From the NCBI GenBank assembly GCA_964653765.1, contig CAZZGQ010000001.1, forward strand, positions 5,456 through 69,455: DNA of 64,000 nucleotides, written 5' to 3'. Shown here piece by piece: positions 47,091-57,373 of the stretch. The notes under the pieces are model-generated. The model saw only the letters and a program-made list of their open reading frames with translations, had not been told where the DNA came from and did not search any database. Position numbers and translations under genes: made by a program. This stretch comes from an uncultured Elusimicrobia bacterium. Its GTDB lineage: Bacteria; Elusimicrobiota; Elusimicrobia; UBA1565; UBA9628. The number at the start of each line of letters is the position of its first letter. Position 1 is the first letter of the stretch.

Positions 47091-48464
47091 ATGCTAGGCT
47101 CTACCCCTATGGCGAAGCTCTCGATCCTCGTGGTGGAAGACGATCCTCTCGCGCGCAAGGTCATGCAGTCCCACCTCGGAGGCCACTCCGTCGAGTTCGC
47201 CCCGGACAAACGGAGCGCCCTCGAGGCTCTGGCGGCGCGCAACCACGACCTCTGCTTCATCGACCTCAACCTCGGCAAGAACGACGACTGCTCGGGCCTG
47301 GAGCTGATTCCGGTGGCGGCCTCGAAGGGCATCTACTCCGTCGTCATGTCGGGACACGACTCGGAGACCTACATCGACAAGGCCTATCAGCTCGGCTGCG
47401 ACGACTTCTACGCCAAGGGCAACGAGGCGGACAACATCGGCAGCGTCCTGGATCGTTTCCAGCAGAAGCGCGACAAGCTGGAGACGGGCCGGCTCTTCGC
47501 CGAGGAGTTCGTCACCCAGGACGCGGTCACGCGCGCGGCGGTTCTGGAGGCGCTCAAATACGCGGGCGCGGACTTGCCGATCCTGCTGCTGGGCCCCTCC
47601 GGGACCGGCAAGACGAGCCTGGCGAGGATCATCCACGAGCGCTCCGGCCGCCAAGGCCAGTTCGTGGCCATCAACTGCGCGGCCCAAAGCGAGGACCTGC
47701 TCGAAGCCGAGCTGTTCGGCTGCCGCAAAGGGGCCTTCACCGGCGCCCATAGCGACCGCAAAGGCAAGCTCTTGCTGGCCGATAAGGGAACGCTGTTCCT
47801 GGACGAAGTCGGCTCGATGAGCCTCAAGATGCAGTCGAAGCTCCTTAAGGCCATCGAGGAGAGGTCCTTTTTCCCCCTCGGGTCGGAAAAGCCCGAGACG
47901 TCCGGCTTCCGCATCGTCACGGCGACGCTGGAGGACGTGCAGGGCCTGATCAAGGCCGGCAAGATGCGCTTCGACTTCTTCCAGCGCATCCATGGCCTCG
48001 CCGTCACGCTCAGGTCTCTCGCGCAGCGAAAGGACGACCTCTTTCTGCTCATCGCCTTCTTCACGCGCGGGAGCAAGCGCCTGTCCTTCACGCCCGAGGC
48101 CAAGGAGGCGATCCTGGGTCACGATTGGCCGGGCAACACGCGGGAGCTCCGCCGCTTCGTGGATCTCCTCGTCGCCGGCAACGAGGGCAGGGTGTCGGCC
48201 GAGAAGGTGGCCGGCCTGCTCAAGTCGATGCGCGTCGAGGAAGGAGCCGGGAGCTTCGTCACTGACGAGCAGTTCCGCTTCGCGCTCAGCCAAGGGCTTG
48301 ACGACGCCGTCGAGCGCTTCGTCGACACCATCGTCAAGCGGGCCCTGGCCAAAAACGACGGCCACAAGACCAAGACCCTGTCCGATCTTCGGATATCGAC
48401 CCGGCTCCTGTATACGTCGCTCAAGCGCTTCCGCGAGGACGCCAAGCCGGAGGCGGCGGCATGA
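47091..48464 (+). CDS. Sigma-54-dependent response regulator (receiver + AAA+ sigma54-interaction + C-terminal HTH)
   Basis: Receiver domain with FIDLNL. Walker A GPSGTGKT. GAFTGA motif. R-finger region. Confidence 0.85.
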   Translation: MLGSTPMAKLSILVVEDDPLARKVMQSHLGGHSVEFAPDKRSALEALAARNHDLCFIDLNLGKNDDCSGLELIPVAASKGIYSVVMSGHDSETYIDKAYQLGCDDFYAKGNEADNIGSVLDRFQQKRDKLETGRLFAEEFVTQDAVTRAAVLEALKYAGADLPILLLGPSGTGKTSLARIIHERSGRQGQFVAINCAAQSEDLLEAELFGCRKGAFTGAHSDRKGKLLLADKGTLFLDEVGSMSLKMQSKLLKAIEERSFFPLGSEKPETSGFRIVTATLEDVQGLIKAGKMRFDFFQRIHGLAVTLRSLAQRKDDLFLLIAFFTRGSKRLSFTPEAKEAILGHDWPGNTRELRRFVDLLVAGNEGRVSAEKVAGLLKSMRVEEGAGSFVTDEQFRFALSQGLDDAVERFVDTIVKRALAKNDGHKTKTLSDLRISTRLLYTSLKRFREDAKPEAAA

Positions 48465-48658
48465 CGGAGGCCGGCAAGGAATTGCAGTCGCTGATCCACG
48501 ACATGAACTCGAAGTGCGGCAGCCTCAAGAGCGCCATCACGCTGCTGCGAACGGCTTCGCCTGAAGAGAGGCGCGAGCTGCTCGGCCTCATGAAGCAGCA
48601 GGCGCGCGGCATCGCCCAGGACATCGCGGCGTTCGAGGCCTTCGGGGAGACCCGGTGA
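48461..48658 (+). CDS. Small hypothetical protein between the sigma54 activator and the RpoN-like gene
   Basis: 65 aa. ATGA overlap with the upstream stop, and overlapped by the downstream start. Confidence 0.3.
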   Translation: MTEAGKELQSLIHDMNSKCGSLKSAITLLRTASPEERRELLGLMKQQARGIAQDIAAFEAFGETR

Positions 48659-49728
48659 ACCTCGCCGCCATCGCCTCGGCGCGCTCCTCGGTGCACGGGC
48701 AGCTCAAGCTCGCGAGCCTCTTCGAGATGCCCGAGCGCGAGTTCGAGACCCGCGTCCGGGCGATCGAGGAGCAAGAGCTCTTCCGGCGCCTCGTCGACCT
48801 CGGAGTGGTCTCTCGCAAGCCCTATGAGAACGCGTGCTTCGCCGCGCGCCGGGCGGCCGGGCGGGAGCTGTGCGCGGGCGGCCACGGCCTTCCCGGCGTT
48901 CTCGACGGCAACGGCGAGCTGGTCGCTCTGATCTCCAGGATCGGCCAAGAGCGTTTCGAGGAGTTCTTCCTCGGCGAGATTCCCCTCTCCGACGAGGCGC
49001 GCGCCGAGAGCTGCGGACTGTCTCTTTCCGAGACGCGGCGGCTGCGAGAATTCGTCGACCGGCTCTACGTCCAGGCCGAGTTCGAGAACCCCTCCACCGA
49101 GGCCGCGCCCGCGAAGACCTTCAGCGCCGTCGCCGGCATCGAGCTGGAGGGCGGCAAGCCCATCCTCGCCTTCTTCAACCGGGAGATATGGAAGGGGCGC
49201 TACCTCATCGATGAAGCTAAGAGCGCCGCGGCCCTCGACTCTCTCGGCCGCAGGCAAGCGGCCCGGGCCGAGCGCCTCCTGGCCGAGCTGGAGTTCCTCG
49301 AACGGCGCAAATCCACCCTGTATCGCGTCCTCGAAACCTTGATCGAGGTCCAAGCCGACTTTCTGACGAGCGGCCAGGCCGGCCGCCGCCGGCCGCTGAC
49401 TCAGCGGGCCGTGGCGGCGCGACTCGACGTCCTGCCGAGCGTCCTCAATCGGCTCATCTCGAACAAGTCGGTGCGCTTGCCCTGGGGGCTTGAAGCCCCG
49501 CTCAAGGTCTTCGTGCCCAGCGGCAAGCTCATCGCGCGAGACCGCCTCTACGAGCTGGCCGTGTCCTCTCCCGGCTTGTCGGACGAGGGGCTGCGGGGCG
49601 AGCTGCGGCGGGTGCACGGATTCTCTCTCTCGCGCCGGTCGATCACTCAGTACCGCAAGGAGCTGGGCCTCGAAACGCGCGGGCTCCGTCCGGGCGCGCC
49701 CATCTACGCCGTAGGAGCCGCCGCGTGA
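48655..49728 (+). CDS. RNA polymerase sigma-54 (RpoN)-like factor, short form (357 aa)
   Basis: C-terminal HTH and RpoN box: [26 protein letters not shown] resembles [40 protein letters not shown] resembles ARRTVAKYRE. Leu-rich region-I-like N-terminus. Confidence 0.6.
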   Translation: [357 protein letters not shown]

Positions 49729-50651
49729 GGCTCAGCTCCGGCTCCGCCGCCGCGCTCGCCGCCGCCGTGGCAGCCAACGTTCTCTGGGGGTCGACGTTCA
49801 TGGCCTCGAAGGTCGTGCTGCGCGAGTGCCCGGCGTCGATGGCCATCTTCATCCGGTTCGCGATCGCCCTGCTCGCGTTCGGCGTCGTCGCCTCGCTCAA
49901 GCCGGCGTCACGCCAGTGGGACGTGGCTCGCGCCAGGGCGCTCGAGCTGTTCGCCCTGGGCGCCGTCGGCTATACCGCCCTCTACCTCCTCCAGATGATC
50001 GGGCTCGAGAAGATCGCCTCGAGCCAGAGCGCGGCGATCATGCTGCTGGCTCCGGTCTTCACGTTGCTCTTGGAGTCGACGCAGCGCAAGAGCATGCGAT
50101 CGCGCGAGGTGGCCGCGACGGCCTTCGGCCTTGCCGGCGCCGCGGCCATCCTGCTCGACCGGCACGGCATCGACATGACCGGCCTGACGCTCCGGGGGCT
50201 TTGGATGACCGTGGCCGCCGCCGGCTGCCTCGGGGTGTCCGTCGTGCAGACGCGGCGGCTGCTCGCCGCCGATGAGAGCGGCCCCGGGTTCACCGTCTTT
50301 AACCTGACCCTCTATTCGATGGCGATCGGCGTCTGCGGCCTCTTGCCCTTCATCGCCTGGCGGGGCACGGACGGCTTCGACGTCGGGCGGCTGAGCGTGC
50401 AGTTCTGGCTGTGGTCGACCTATTTGGGAATGCTCTGCTCCGTCGCCGCCTTCTTGATGTGGAACTGGGCGATCAAGCACGTCTCCCCCGCCGCCGTTGC
50501 CGTCGCGATGTACCTCAAGACCCCCGTCGCGCTGGGCTTGGGCGCGGCGCTGCTCGGCGAGCGGCTGACGCCGGCCTTCTACGGAGGAACGACGCTGATC
50601 CTCGGATCGCTGTTCGTCAATCAGCTCGCGCAGGCGAGGGCGGCGCGATGA
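49725..50651 (+). CDS. DMT-superfamily EamA-like transporter
   Basis: 10 TM, two EamA repeats. Confidence 0.8.
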   Translation: MRLSSGSAAALAAAVAANVLWGSTFMASKVVLRECPASMAIFIRFAIALLAFGVVASLKPASRQWDVARARALELFALGAVGYTALYLLQMIGLEKIASSQSAAIMLLAPVFTLLLESTQRKSMRSREVAATAFGLAGAAAILLDRHGIDMTGLTLRGLWMTVAAAGCLGVSVVQTRRLLAADESGPGFTVFNLTLYSMAIGVCGLLPFIAWRGTDGFDVGRLSVQFWLWSTYLGMLCSVAAFLMWNWAIKHVSPAAVAVAMYLKTPVALGLGAALLGERLTPAFYGGTTLILGSLFVNQLAQARAAR

Positions 50652-51052
50652 TGGGAGCCGCGCTCGCCGCGCTGCTCGTCACCGGCCGGCCGGCGGCCTG
50701 CGTCGAGCTCGCCGGACCGCCGCGACCACCTGCAACGATCGGCCGCTTCTTCGCTGCCGCGAGGCTCGAGCCGACACCGATCTCGGCCGCGCTTGAGCGC
50801 GCCGTCGACAGCGCCGGCCGCGGCGCGGCGGAGGGCTCGGTCGCGCCGGCCAAGGTGGAGGCGCCGCGCGCGCCTTTCGTGGCGGCGGGGCCGATCCTAA
50901 GCGAACCGGCGCGCGCTGGGCTCGAGACCCGGATGACAACGCTGGCTGCTGCCCTGCGCCCGCCTTCCGAACCGGCTTACGAGCTCGTTGTCTCCGCGGC
51001 CCCGCCGGCCGATCCCGCTGGGCCCGCGCCGGAGCGCCCGGCCCTCCACGCT

Positions 51053-51673
51053 ATGAGCAACACCTATACCATGCGAACCGACGTCCGACTGTCTAGCGGA
51101 GCGCGGTTCACGGTGCGTCCCGCCGAGGCCTCCGACGTCTCGCCGGTGACCGCGCTGATCCATCACGCCTTCGAGGTCTGGAAGCGCGCCGGCCTGAGCC
51201 TTGGTCCGATGCGTCAGACCGACGCCGAGACCGCCCGCCATCTCCTCGGCAAGGGCTACGTCGTCGAGGACGAGCACGGGCGGCTCGCGGCCACCTTCAG
51301 CCTCGACGAGGGCGCGATCGCGCCCGCCGGGGCCGGGGCCGTCGACTTTTACGAAGGCGCAGACGCCGCCGTGCGTTTCGCGGCCGAGCCGGGCGCGCCC
51401 ACCGCTCCCGCCGGCCGTCTGCTCGTCTTCAAGAAGTTCGCCGTCCGGCCCGATCTGGCCCACACGGGGCTGGGCTCGCGCCTCTACGCGTTGGCGGAGC
51501 AATTCGGACGGGAAGCCTACCGAGGCATGGCTCTGGAGACGGTCAAAGAGGCGCGGTGGCTCTATGATTGGTATCGCCGCCTCGGCTATCAGACGCTCGG
51601 CGCGCATCGCTACGACGGGTCGGCGCTGGACACGGTCCTGATGGCCAAGCCGCTCGCGCAAAAGACGCCATGA
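51053..51673 (+). CDS. GNAT-family N-acetyltransferase (ORF is open from 50648, giving a possible 135-aa Ala/Pro-rich N-terminal extension)
   Basis: Acetyl-CoA binding motif LLVFKKFAVRPDLAHTGLGSRLY. Confidence 0.55.
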   Translation: MSNTYTMRTDVRLSSGARFTVRPAEASDVSPVTALIHHAFEVWKRAGLSLGPMRQTDAETARHLLGKGYVVEDEHGRLAATFSLDEGAIAPAGAGAVDFYEGADAAVRFAAEPGAPTAPAGRLLVFKKFAVRPDLAHTGLGSRLYALAEQFGREAYRGMALETVKEARWLYDWYRRLGYQTLGAHRYDGSALDTVLMAKPLAQKTP

Positions 51674-52296
51674 CCATGAGCCCCACCTTCGCTCCGGACC
51701 TGATCGTCGAGGCCACCAACGCCTGCGACAAGAACTGCCTCGGCTGCTACGCGCCCAACGTCCTGGTCGGCGAATCGGCCCGGCCGGCGCGGGGCGTCGA
51801 TCACCTCTCCGTCGAGGCGCTCGAGGGCGCCTGGCCGTCGGGCGAGCTCGTCGAGACCGTGGCCGTGCGCGGCGGCGAGCCGACGCTCAACCCAGCCTTC
51901 GCCGAGCTGCTCGCGGCGCTCTCTCGGCGAGCGCGGACCGTCTATGTCGAGACGCACGGCGGCTGGATCGCCTCCGGCCATCCCCTCCTGGCGGCCCTGC
52001 GCGCCTGCGGCGGCGTGGCCAAGGTCAGCCTCGACCGCATGCACGGCACGAACGCTGATTCCGCCAGGGCCATGCTCGCCGCTCTGGCCGACTCCGGCGT
52101 GAAGACCGTCGTCGCCGTCACGGCGCCGACCCTCGAGGCGTTCGAGTCCGCGCGCGAGCGTCTGCTCGAGGGTTTCGATGGCGAGGTCGTCTGGCAGAAG
52201 ACCGCGCTGTCCGCGGAAGAGCTCGTCTCGCCGCGCATAGGCGTGATCTCGGCCAAGGGCGCGCTGACGCGCGCCCTAACCCACCGCCTCGAATGA
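51670..52296 (+). CDS. Small radical-SAM-like protein (CxxxCxxC)
   Basis: VEATNACDKNCLGCYAP, 208 aa (QueE/activase-sized). Function unassigned. Confidence 0.45.
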   Translation: MTMSPTFAPDLIVEATNACDKNCLGCYAPNVLVGESARPARGVDHLSVEALEGAWPSGELVETVAVRGGEPTLNPAFAELLAALSRRARTVYVETHGGWIASGHPLLAALRACGGVAKVSLDRMHGTNADSARAMLAALADSGVKTVVAVTAPTLEAFESARERLLEGFDGEVVWQKTALSAEELVSPRIGVISAKGALTRALTHRLE

Positions 52297-53423
52297 TCGC
52301 CTGGGTCGTACTTTCGCTGCTGCTGCCGGCGCGCGCTCGCGCCCTTGAGAAGGTCACCGTCGGCATCGCCGCCAACTTCAGCGCGATGAGCGACAGCTCC
52401 TCGAACCCGTACGCGGACTACTTCCGCGACGCCATCGGCATGGCGTTCTCAGAGAGCCAGGCCGCCCTGTCGGCCAAGGGCGTGCGCGTCGAGCTCAAGG
52501 AGCTTGACTACGGCAATGACAAGCTCAAGGTGATCGAGACCGCCCGCGCGGCGGCCGCCTCGGACGCCGTCGCTGTCATCGGCTACATCTATTCCTCGGA
52601 CGCTCTCCTGGCGGGGCCCGTGTTCTCGCAGGCGCACCTGCTGCTCGTCACGCCAACGGCGACGGCCGAGCGCGTCGAGAAGCTCGGCCGCTACGTGCGG
52701 CGCACCTGCTTCGACGACGCCTACCAAGGAAGGATTCTCGCCGACTACGCCCACAACCGCGAGATCAGGACGGCCGGCATCGTCTATGCCGCCGACTGCG
52801 CCTACTGCAACAGCCTGCGCGCGGCGTTCAAGAAGCGCTTCGAGGCGCTTGGCGGCCGCGTGCTGGTCGAGCAAGCCGTGCTCTCGAGCGACGACCCCTA
52901 CGACTCGGCGGTTTCCGTTTTCAAGAATAATCCCGTTCAGGCGATTTTCGTGCCCAACTACGAACGCGTCTCGGCGACGATCATCTCAAGGCTCATCGAC
53001 GCTGGCATCCGACCGAAACTATGGCTGGGCGGCGACGGCTGGGGCGACTCGATAGACCTGTTCAGCCGCATCATCGGCGAGCGCCCCTTCAAGGGCTACG
53101 CCATCGCCCACTGGTACCGTGATGCAACCCCGCAGTCGAAAGACTTCGTCGAGAAGTTCACTCGCCTTTACGGCAAGCCGCCCGTCGACACGGCGGTCCT
53201 CGCCTACGACGCCGCGAAGCTCGTCATTCGCGGCCTGCTGGAGGCCAAGCGGCTCGACCGCGAGGGAGTGCTCGAGGCCGTCGAGAGCATCAAGACATTC
53301 GACGGGGTCACGGGGCGTCTCATCTATCCGGCCGGGGAACGTACGCCGATCAAGCCGGCCGTGCTCATGCGCGTCGAGACCGGCCGGGGCAACGCCGTGG
53401 AACGCCTCATTGGAGAACAGTGA
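52293..53423 (+). CDS. Periplasmic substrate-binding protein (LivK-like, Peripla_BP_6)
   Basis: Signal peptide. Branched-chain amino acid SBP-like fold signatures. Confidence 0.65.
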   Translation: MIAWVVLSLLLPARARALEKVTVGIAANFSAMSDSSSNPYADYFRDAIGMAFSESQAALSAKGVRVELKELDYGNDKLKVIETARAAAASDAVAVIGYIYSSDALLAGPVFSQAHLLLVTPTATAERVEKLGRYVRRTCFDDAYQGRILADYAHNREIRTAGIVYAADCAYCNSLRAAFKKRFEALGGRVLVEQAVLSSDDPYDSAVSVFKNNPVQAIFVPNYERVSATIISRLIDAGIRPKLWLGGDGWGDSIDLFSRIIGERPFKGYAIAHWYRDATPQSKDFVEKFTRLYGKPPVDTAVLAYDAAKLVIRGLLEAKRLDREGVLEAVESIKTFDGVTGRLIYPAGERTPIKPAVLMRVETGRGNAVERLIGEQ

Positions 53424-55504
53424 AGCGGGACTCACTTAAGGCGGTCATCCTGAAGTTTGGCGTCGTCGCCTTCCTGGCGATCTGCGCCTACGTCCTAGGC
53501 ACGTATTCCGTCATCCACTATCTCGACCAGAGGCAGGCTGTCGACCTCGAAGCGGCGGAGTTGACCGCGTCGGCGCCGAAACAGGCCGAGCAGATCGTTC
53601 CCGGCCTGCTTGTCCCGGAGGAATACGGCTCGATCTCCTTGCAGCTCGACAAGCTGCGGAAAAGCGAGGGGTTGGTCAGCGCGACCTTCGTGCGGGCCAG
53701 CGAGGCCGGGGCCTCGCAGTTCTTGAAATGTCCGCGCAATGAGCAGGGAAAGACCTACGTCTGCGCCCATTACCTGCGCAGCCAGGTCATCACGGCCAGC
53801 GACGTCGGTCTGCCGGGCTCTTTGATGGGCTACTTGGTCAAGCACAAGAGCCTGGCGAACAAGCGGCGCGACGATCCGCTCAAGCTGGCCTTGGCCGCGC
53901 TCTTCGCCGGCATCGCCCTTGGCTTCCTCGGCCTCATCGTCTCCATTCTCGTCTTCGTCGAGCGGCACGTGCGCCAGCCGCTGCTCAATCTCAACCAGAG
54001 CCTCGTTCCCGTGCTCGACGGCCGGGCGGGCGAGCAGCCTCCCAATTTCGAGCTGCTTGAGCTACGCTCGCTCGCGAGCCAGGTCGAGCAGCTCGTGCGG
54101 CGCTACGAGGAGAAGAAGGCCTCCGCCGCGACGGGAGAGCTCGCGGCCCAGGTCGCCCACGATATCCGCTCCCCGCTGGCGGCGCTGGACTCCATAGTGA
54201 GCGATATCTCGCATCTACCCGAAGAGAAGCGCCTGCTCGTGCGCAGCGCCGTCGGGCGCATCCGCGATATCGCCAACGACCTCATGAGGCTGCGCCGCGC
54301 CTCGGCCGACGCGGCCGGAGAGCCGCCCTCGGCGCGGATGCTCTTCAGCCTCGTCGACTCGCTCTTGACGGAAAAGCGGCTGCAGTTCCGCGCCAGACTC
54401 GGCATCAAGATCGAAGGTAGGTTCGAGTCCGCCTACGGCCTGTTCGCCGAAGTCCAGTCGATCGACTTCAAGCGCGCGTTGTCGAATCTCGTCGACAACA
54501 GCGTCGAGGCCCTCGGTGATAAGGGGAACGTGACTATTTCCATGGCCAGCCGAGAAGGCCAAGCCTTGATCACGGTCCGGGACGACGGGAAGGGAATCCC
54601 GCCCGAGGTCCTCTCCCGGCTCGGCGAGAGGGGCGTCACGCACGACAAGCCCGGCGGCTCGGGGCTCGGGCTCTACCACGCGCGTACGAGCGTGGAATCA
54701 TGGCGCGGACGGCTCGAGATCGACTCGGCGCCGGGACAAGGCACTACGGTCAGCATCTATCTGCCCAAGGTCCCCCCGCCCGACTGGTTCGTATCGAAGC
54801 TCATTTTGCCGTCGGCCGGCGCCGTAGTCATCCTGGACGACGACACCAGCATCCATCAGGTCTGGCAAGGTCGTCTGACGGCGGCGGCCAAGGACCGGGG
54901 TCTCGAAATAGTCGATGTTTCCACTCCCCAGGAGCTCCGGGGGTGGGTGGCGGAGAATTCTACGAAGGCCGCCCGGGCGCTCTATCTGCTCGATTACGAG
55001 CTCGTCGGCTACCAGGAGACCGGCCTGAGCCTCGCCGCGGAGCTTGCCATCGCCCGCAGGACGGTCTTGGTGACCAGCCGCTACGACGATCCCGGAATTC
55101 TAGCGGAATGTCGGCGACTCGAAGCCCGGATGATTCCGAAGTCGCTTGCCGGCCTGGTCCCCATCGAAGCGCCGTCGGGCAAGACGCGCTGGGACGCCGT
55201 GCTCATAGACGACGATCCCCTCGCGCAAGCGACTTGGCGGATGACAGCGTCGAAGCTGGGCAAGAGCTTCCGCGCCTTTTCCACAGCGGCGGAATTCCTG
55301 GCCGCCGTGGAAGAGATCGATCGAGGCACGCCGGTCTACGTGGACGCCGAGCTCGCCGGCGGCGTGAAGGGCTCGCTGGAATCCCGGCGCATCCGGGACA
55401 AGGGTTTCGCCGAAGTCTACCTCGCCACCGGCCACGATCCCGCGGCCTTCGCCGATCTGGAGTACCTGAGCGGCGTCGTCGGGAAGGAACCCCCATGGTC
55501 CTAG
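53420..55504 (+). CDS. Sensor histidine kinase with N-terminal TM/sensor region and C-terminal receiver-like domains (hybrid)
   Basis: H-box AHDIRSPLAAL. HATPase N-box LVDNSVEAL, G-boxes DDGKGIP and GGSGLGL. Confidence 0.8.
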   Translation: MKRDSLKAVILKFGVVAFLAICAYVLGTYSVIHYLDQRQAVDLEAAELTASAPKQAEQIVPGLLVPEEYGSISLQLDKLRKSEGLVSATFVRASEAGASQFLKCPRNEQGKTYVCAHYLRSQVITASDVGLPGSLMGYLVKHKSLANKRRDDPLKLALAALFAGIALGFLGLIVSILVFVERHVRQPLLNLNQSLVPVLDGRAGEQPPNFELLELRSLASQVEQLVRRYEEKKASAATGELAAQVAHDIRSPLAALDSIVSDISHLPEEKRLLVRSAVGRIRDIANDLMRLRRASADAAGEPPSARMLFSLVDSLLTEKRLQFRARLGIKIEGRFESAYGLFAEVQSIDFKRALSNLVDNSVEALGDKGNVTISMASREGQALITVRDDGKGIPPEVLSRLGERGVTHDKPGGSGLGLYHARTSVESWRGRLEIDSAPGQGTTVSIYLPKVPPPDWFVSKLILPSAGAVVILDDDTSIHQVWQGRLTAAAKDRGLEIVDVSTPQELRGWVAENSTKAARALYLLDYELVGYQETGLSLAAELAIARRTVLVTSRYDDPGILAECRRLEARMIPKSLAGLVPIEAPSGKTRWDAVLIDDDPLAQATWRMTASKLGKSFRAFSTAAEFLAAVEEIDRGTPVYVDAELAGGVKGSLESRRIRDKGFAEVYLATGHDPAAFADLEYLSGVVGKEPPWS

Positions 55505-55519
55505 GCTCTGGATGGAGCT

Positions 55520-56422
55520 ATGACCACCTTCCGGTACTCTAACCGCCACGGGCTCTACCTTCCCCAGCAAGAGGATCTCTCCGCCCGTAAGGTGCCGAAA
55601 GCGTCGCTTGGCGACGCCGCAAAGGCCATCAAGAAGTTCTTCGCCGACCACGGGCAGGCCCTAAATCCGCAGAGCGGCCTAGGAAAGATCGTGCAGGCGG
55701 CCGAAAAGGCCGCACGGCTGAAACCGGATGACATCGTTTTCCCGCGCGATGCTTTCGACTCGCAGCTCGTACTTGAGATTCAGCCGGCACTCGCCGTCTT
55801 GGAGGGCCATCCGAAGGTATCCGACTACCTGGCCAAACTGGTTACGGGCTGCTTCAGCACTTACGACAAGGGGCGGAGCATCGCCAAGGATACCTATTGG
55901 GAGATCGATGTCTGTCACAAGCTGCGGAAGGCCGGATTGTCGGTGAAGTTGGATGATCCCGACGTCATATGGACCGATCAGGAGGAGCCGGTCCCGATCG
56001 AATGCAAGAAGATCTACTCCCATGCCCGCCTTGAGAAAGCTCTCTCCAAGGGCGTGTCCCAGGTGGCCAAGCGAGCCGGGGTCGGCTTCGTCGCCGTGAA
56101 CATCGACGAGCTGGTCCCGGGCACGCTTCAGGTGAAGTCTTGGCAGGCGACGGACATCCAGCCTCAGAAGCTACTCTCCGACTTCTACGCCCGGCACGAC
56201 CGGCATTTCCGAAAGTATCTTCGGCAGGGCCGCCTATCCGGCACGGTCGTCGCCTGCTTCGTTCGCGTCGAGATCATCCAATCGAACGGCCGATTGGGAC
56301 GGTTCTATACCCAGCAGTGGCAGTATTTCACCAATCCCGAGTTGCCGGCGCAGCATAGCCGGCGCGCAACACTTCTGCGCGAGGCGATTGGACGCCTGAC
56401 GGCGCCGGACGAGAGGGCGTAA
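55520..56422 (+). CDS. Hypothetical protein with possible PD-(D/E)xK nuclease-like motif
   Basis: YWEIDVCHKL ... VPIECKKIY has D...E-x-K spacing. Weak. Confidence 0.3.
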   Translation: MTTFRYSNRHGLYLPQQEDLSARKVPKASLGDAAKAIKKFFADHGQALNPQSGLGKIVQAAEKAARLKPDDIVFPRDAFDSQLVLEIQPALAVLEGHPKVSDYLAKLVTGCFSTYDKGRSIAKDTYWEIDVCHKLRKAGLSVKLDDPDVIWTDQEEPVPIECKKIYSHARLEKALSKGVSQVAKRAGVGFVAVNIDELVPGTLQVKSWQATDIQPQKLLSDFYARHDRHFRKYLRQGRLSGTVVACFVRVEIIQSNGRLGRFYTQQWQYFTNPELPAQHSRRATLLREAIGRLTAPDERA

Positions 56423-56699
56423 CAGCCCATCACCAAAGCATTTTCAATCGGCTGCTCTCCTGAAAATACTCCAAGTCCTCCCTGCCCGTACACGACGATA
56501 ATTCGACGGCCCGGTGTTGGCACCGAAATTGCTCCCGGAATCCGGACGGCCGCGGAGGACCGTCCGCCGTGTAGCCCCGCGAATACGGCGCGGGGGCATC
56601 CACGACCTGGCCGCAACCGGGTGAGACCACGGGAAACGATGAGACATCGTCTCTCGTTCTGCGCCACGGTGGCGGGAGACGGGAGGCAGGAGAGACCGT

Positions 56700-57083
56700 A
56701 TGGAGCAGCGACTGGCCGAGGGTCGCGCAGCGAGCCGCTTGCCGGCGATATTGGCGGATCGCCGCCAAGTGCCGGAGAGCGGCCAGGAGGTCGGAAAGAA
56801 GTGGTTGGACTTGTTGTTCGTCGTTCACGCCGAGCATCCCGACTGCACGATGTACGGCGTGAACGTCCTCAACGGGAATATCGTGTCCTGCGCCAGAATC
56901 CAGCGCCACATGAGGTTCGGGCTGGAGCCGGCGAAGGACGCCTCGTACTTGTTCGACAGGACCTGGGAGGCGCTGGAGACGATGTGCCGCAAGATCGGGA
57001 CCGGCCGCATCGAGGAAATCGAGTTCTCCGAGGGCCGGCCGATCAAGGTGCGGGTCAACGCGAAGCGTCGGCGCCATTTTTGA
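56700..57083 (+). CDS. Hypothetical protein
   Basis: 127-aa ORF with reasonable codon usage. No recognised domain. Confidence 0.3.
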   Translation: MEQRLAEGRAASRLPAILADRRQVPESGQEVGKKWLDLLFVVHAEHPDCTMYGVNVLNGNIVSCARIQRHMRFGLEPAKDASYLFDRTWEALETMCRKIGTGRIEEIEFSEGRPIKVRVNAKRRRHF

Positions 57084-57373
57084 GCGCCGACGCCGCAGGA
57101 GCAAGGATGAAATAGCGCGATCAACGCCAGATCTGATAGCCAAGATCAATGTGTGCGTAACCCGTATCGGCTCCGGCCGATAGAATTCTCCGACAAGAGA
57201 AGAGGCAGGGTCCCTCGCGCCTTCCGGGCCGTCGCGGCCACAAGAAGGCAAGCCGGCCATCCCCGGGCTCACCGGGATCGGTAGCCGGACAGACCACATT
57301 CCTGGCCAAGGGCATCCAGGCTCGACCTGGAGTCCTCCAAAGCCGCCCTGCCCCCGGGCAGGGTCACAGGAAG

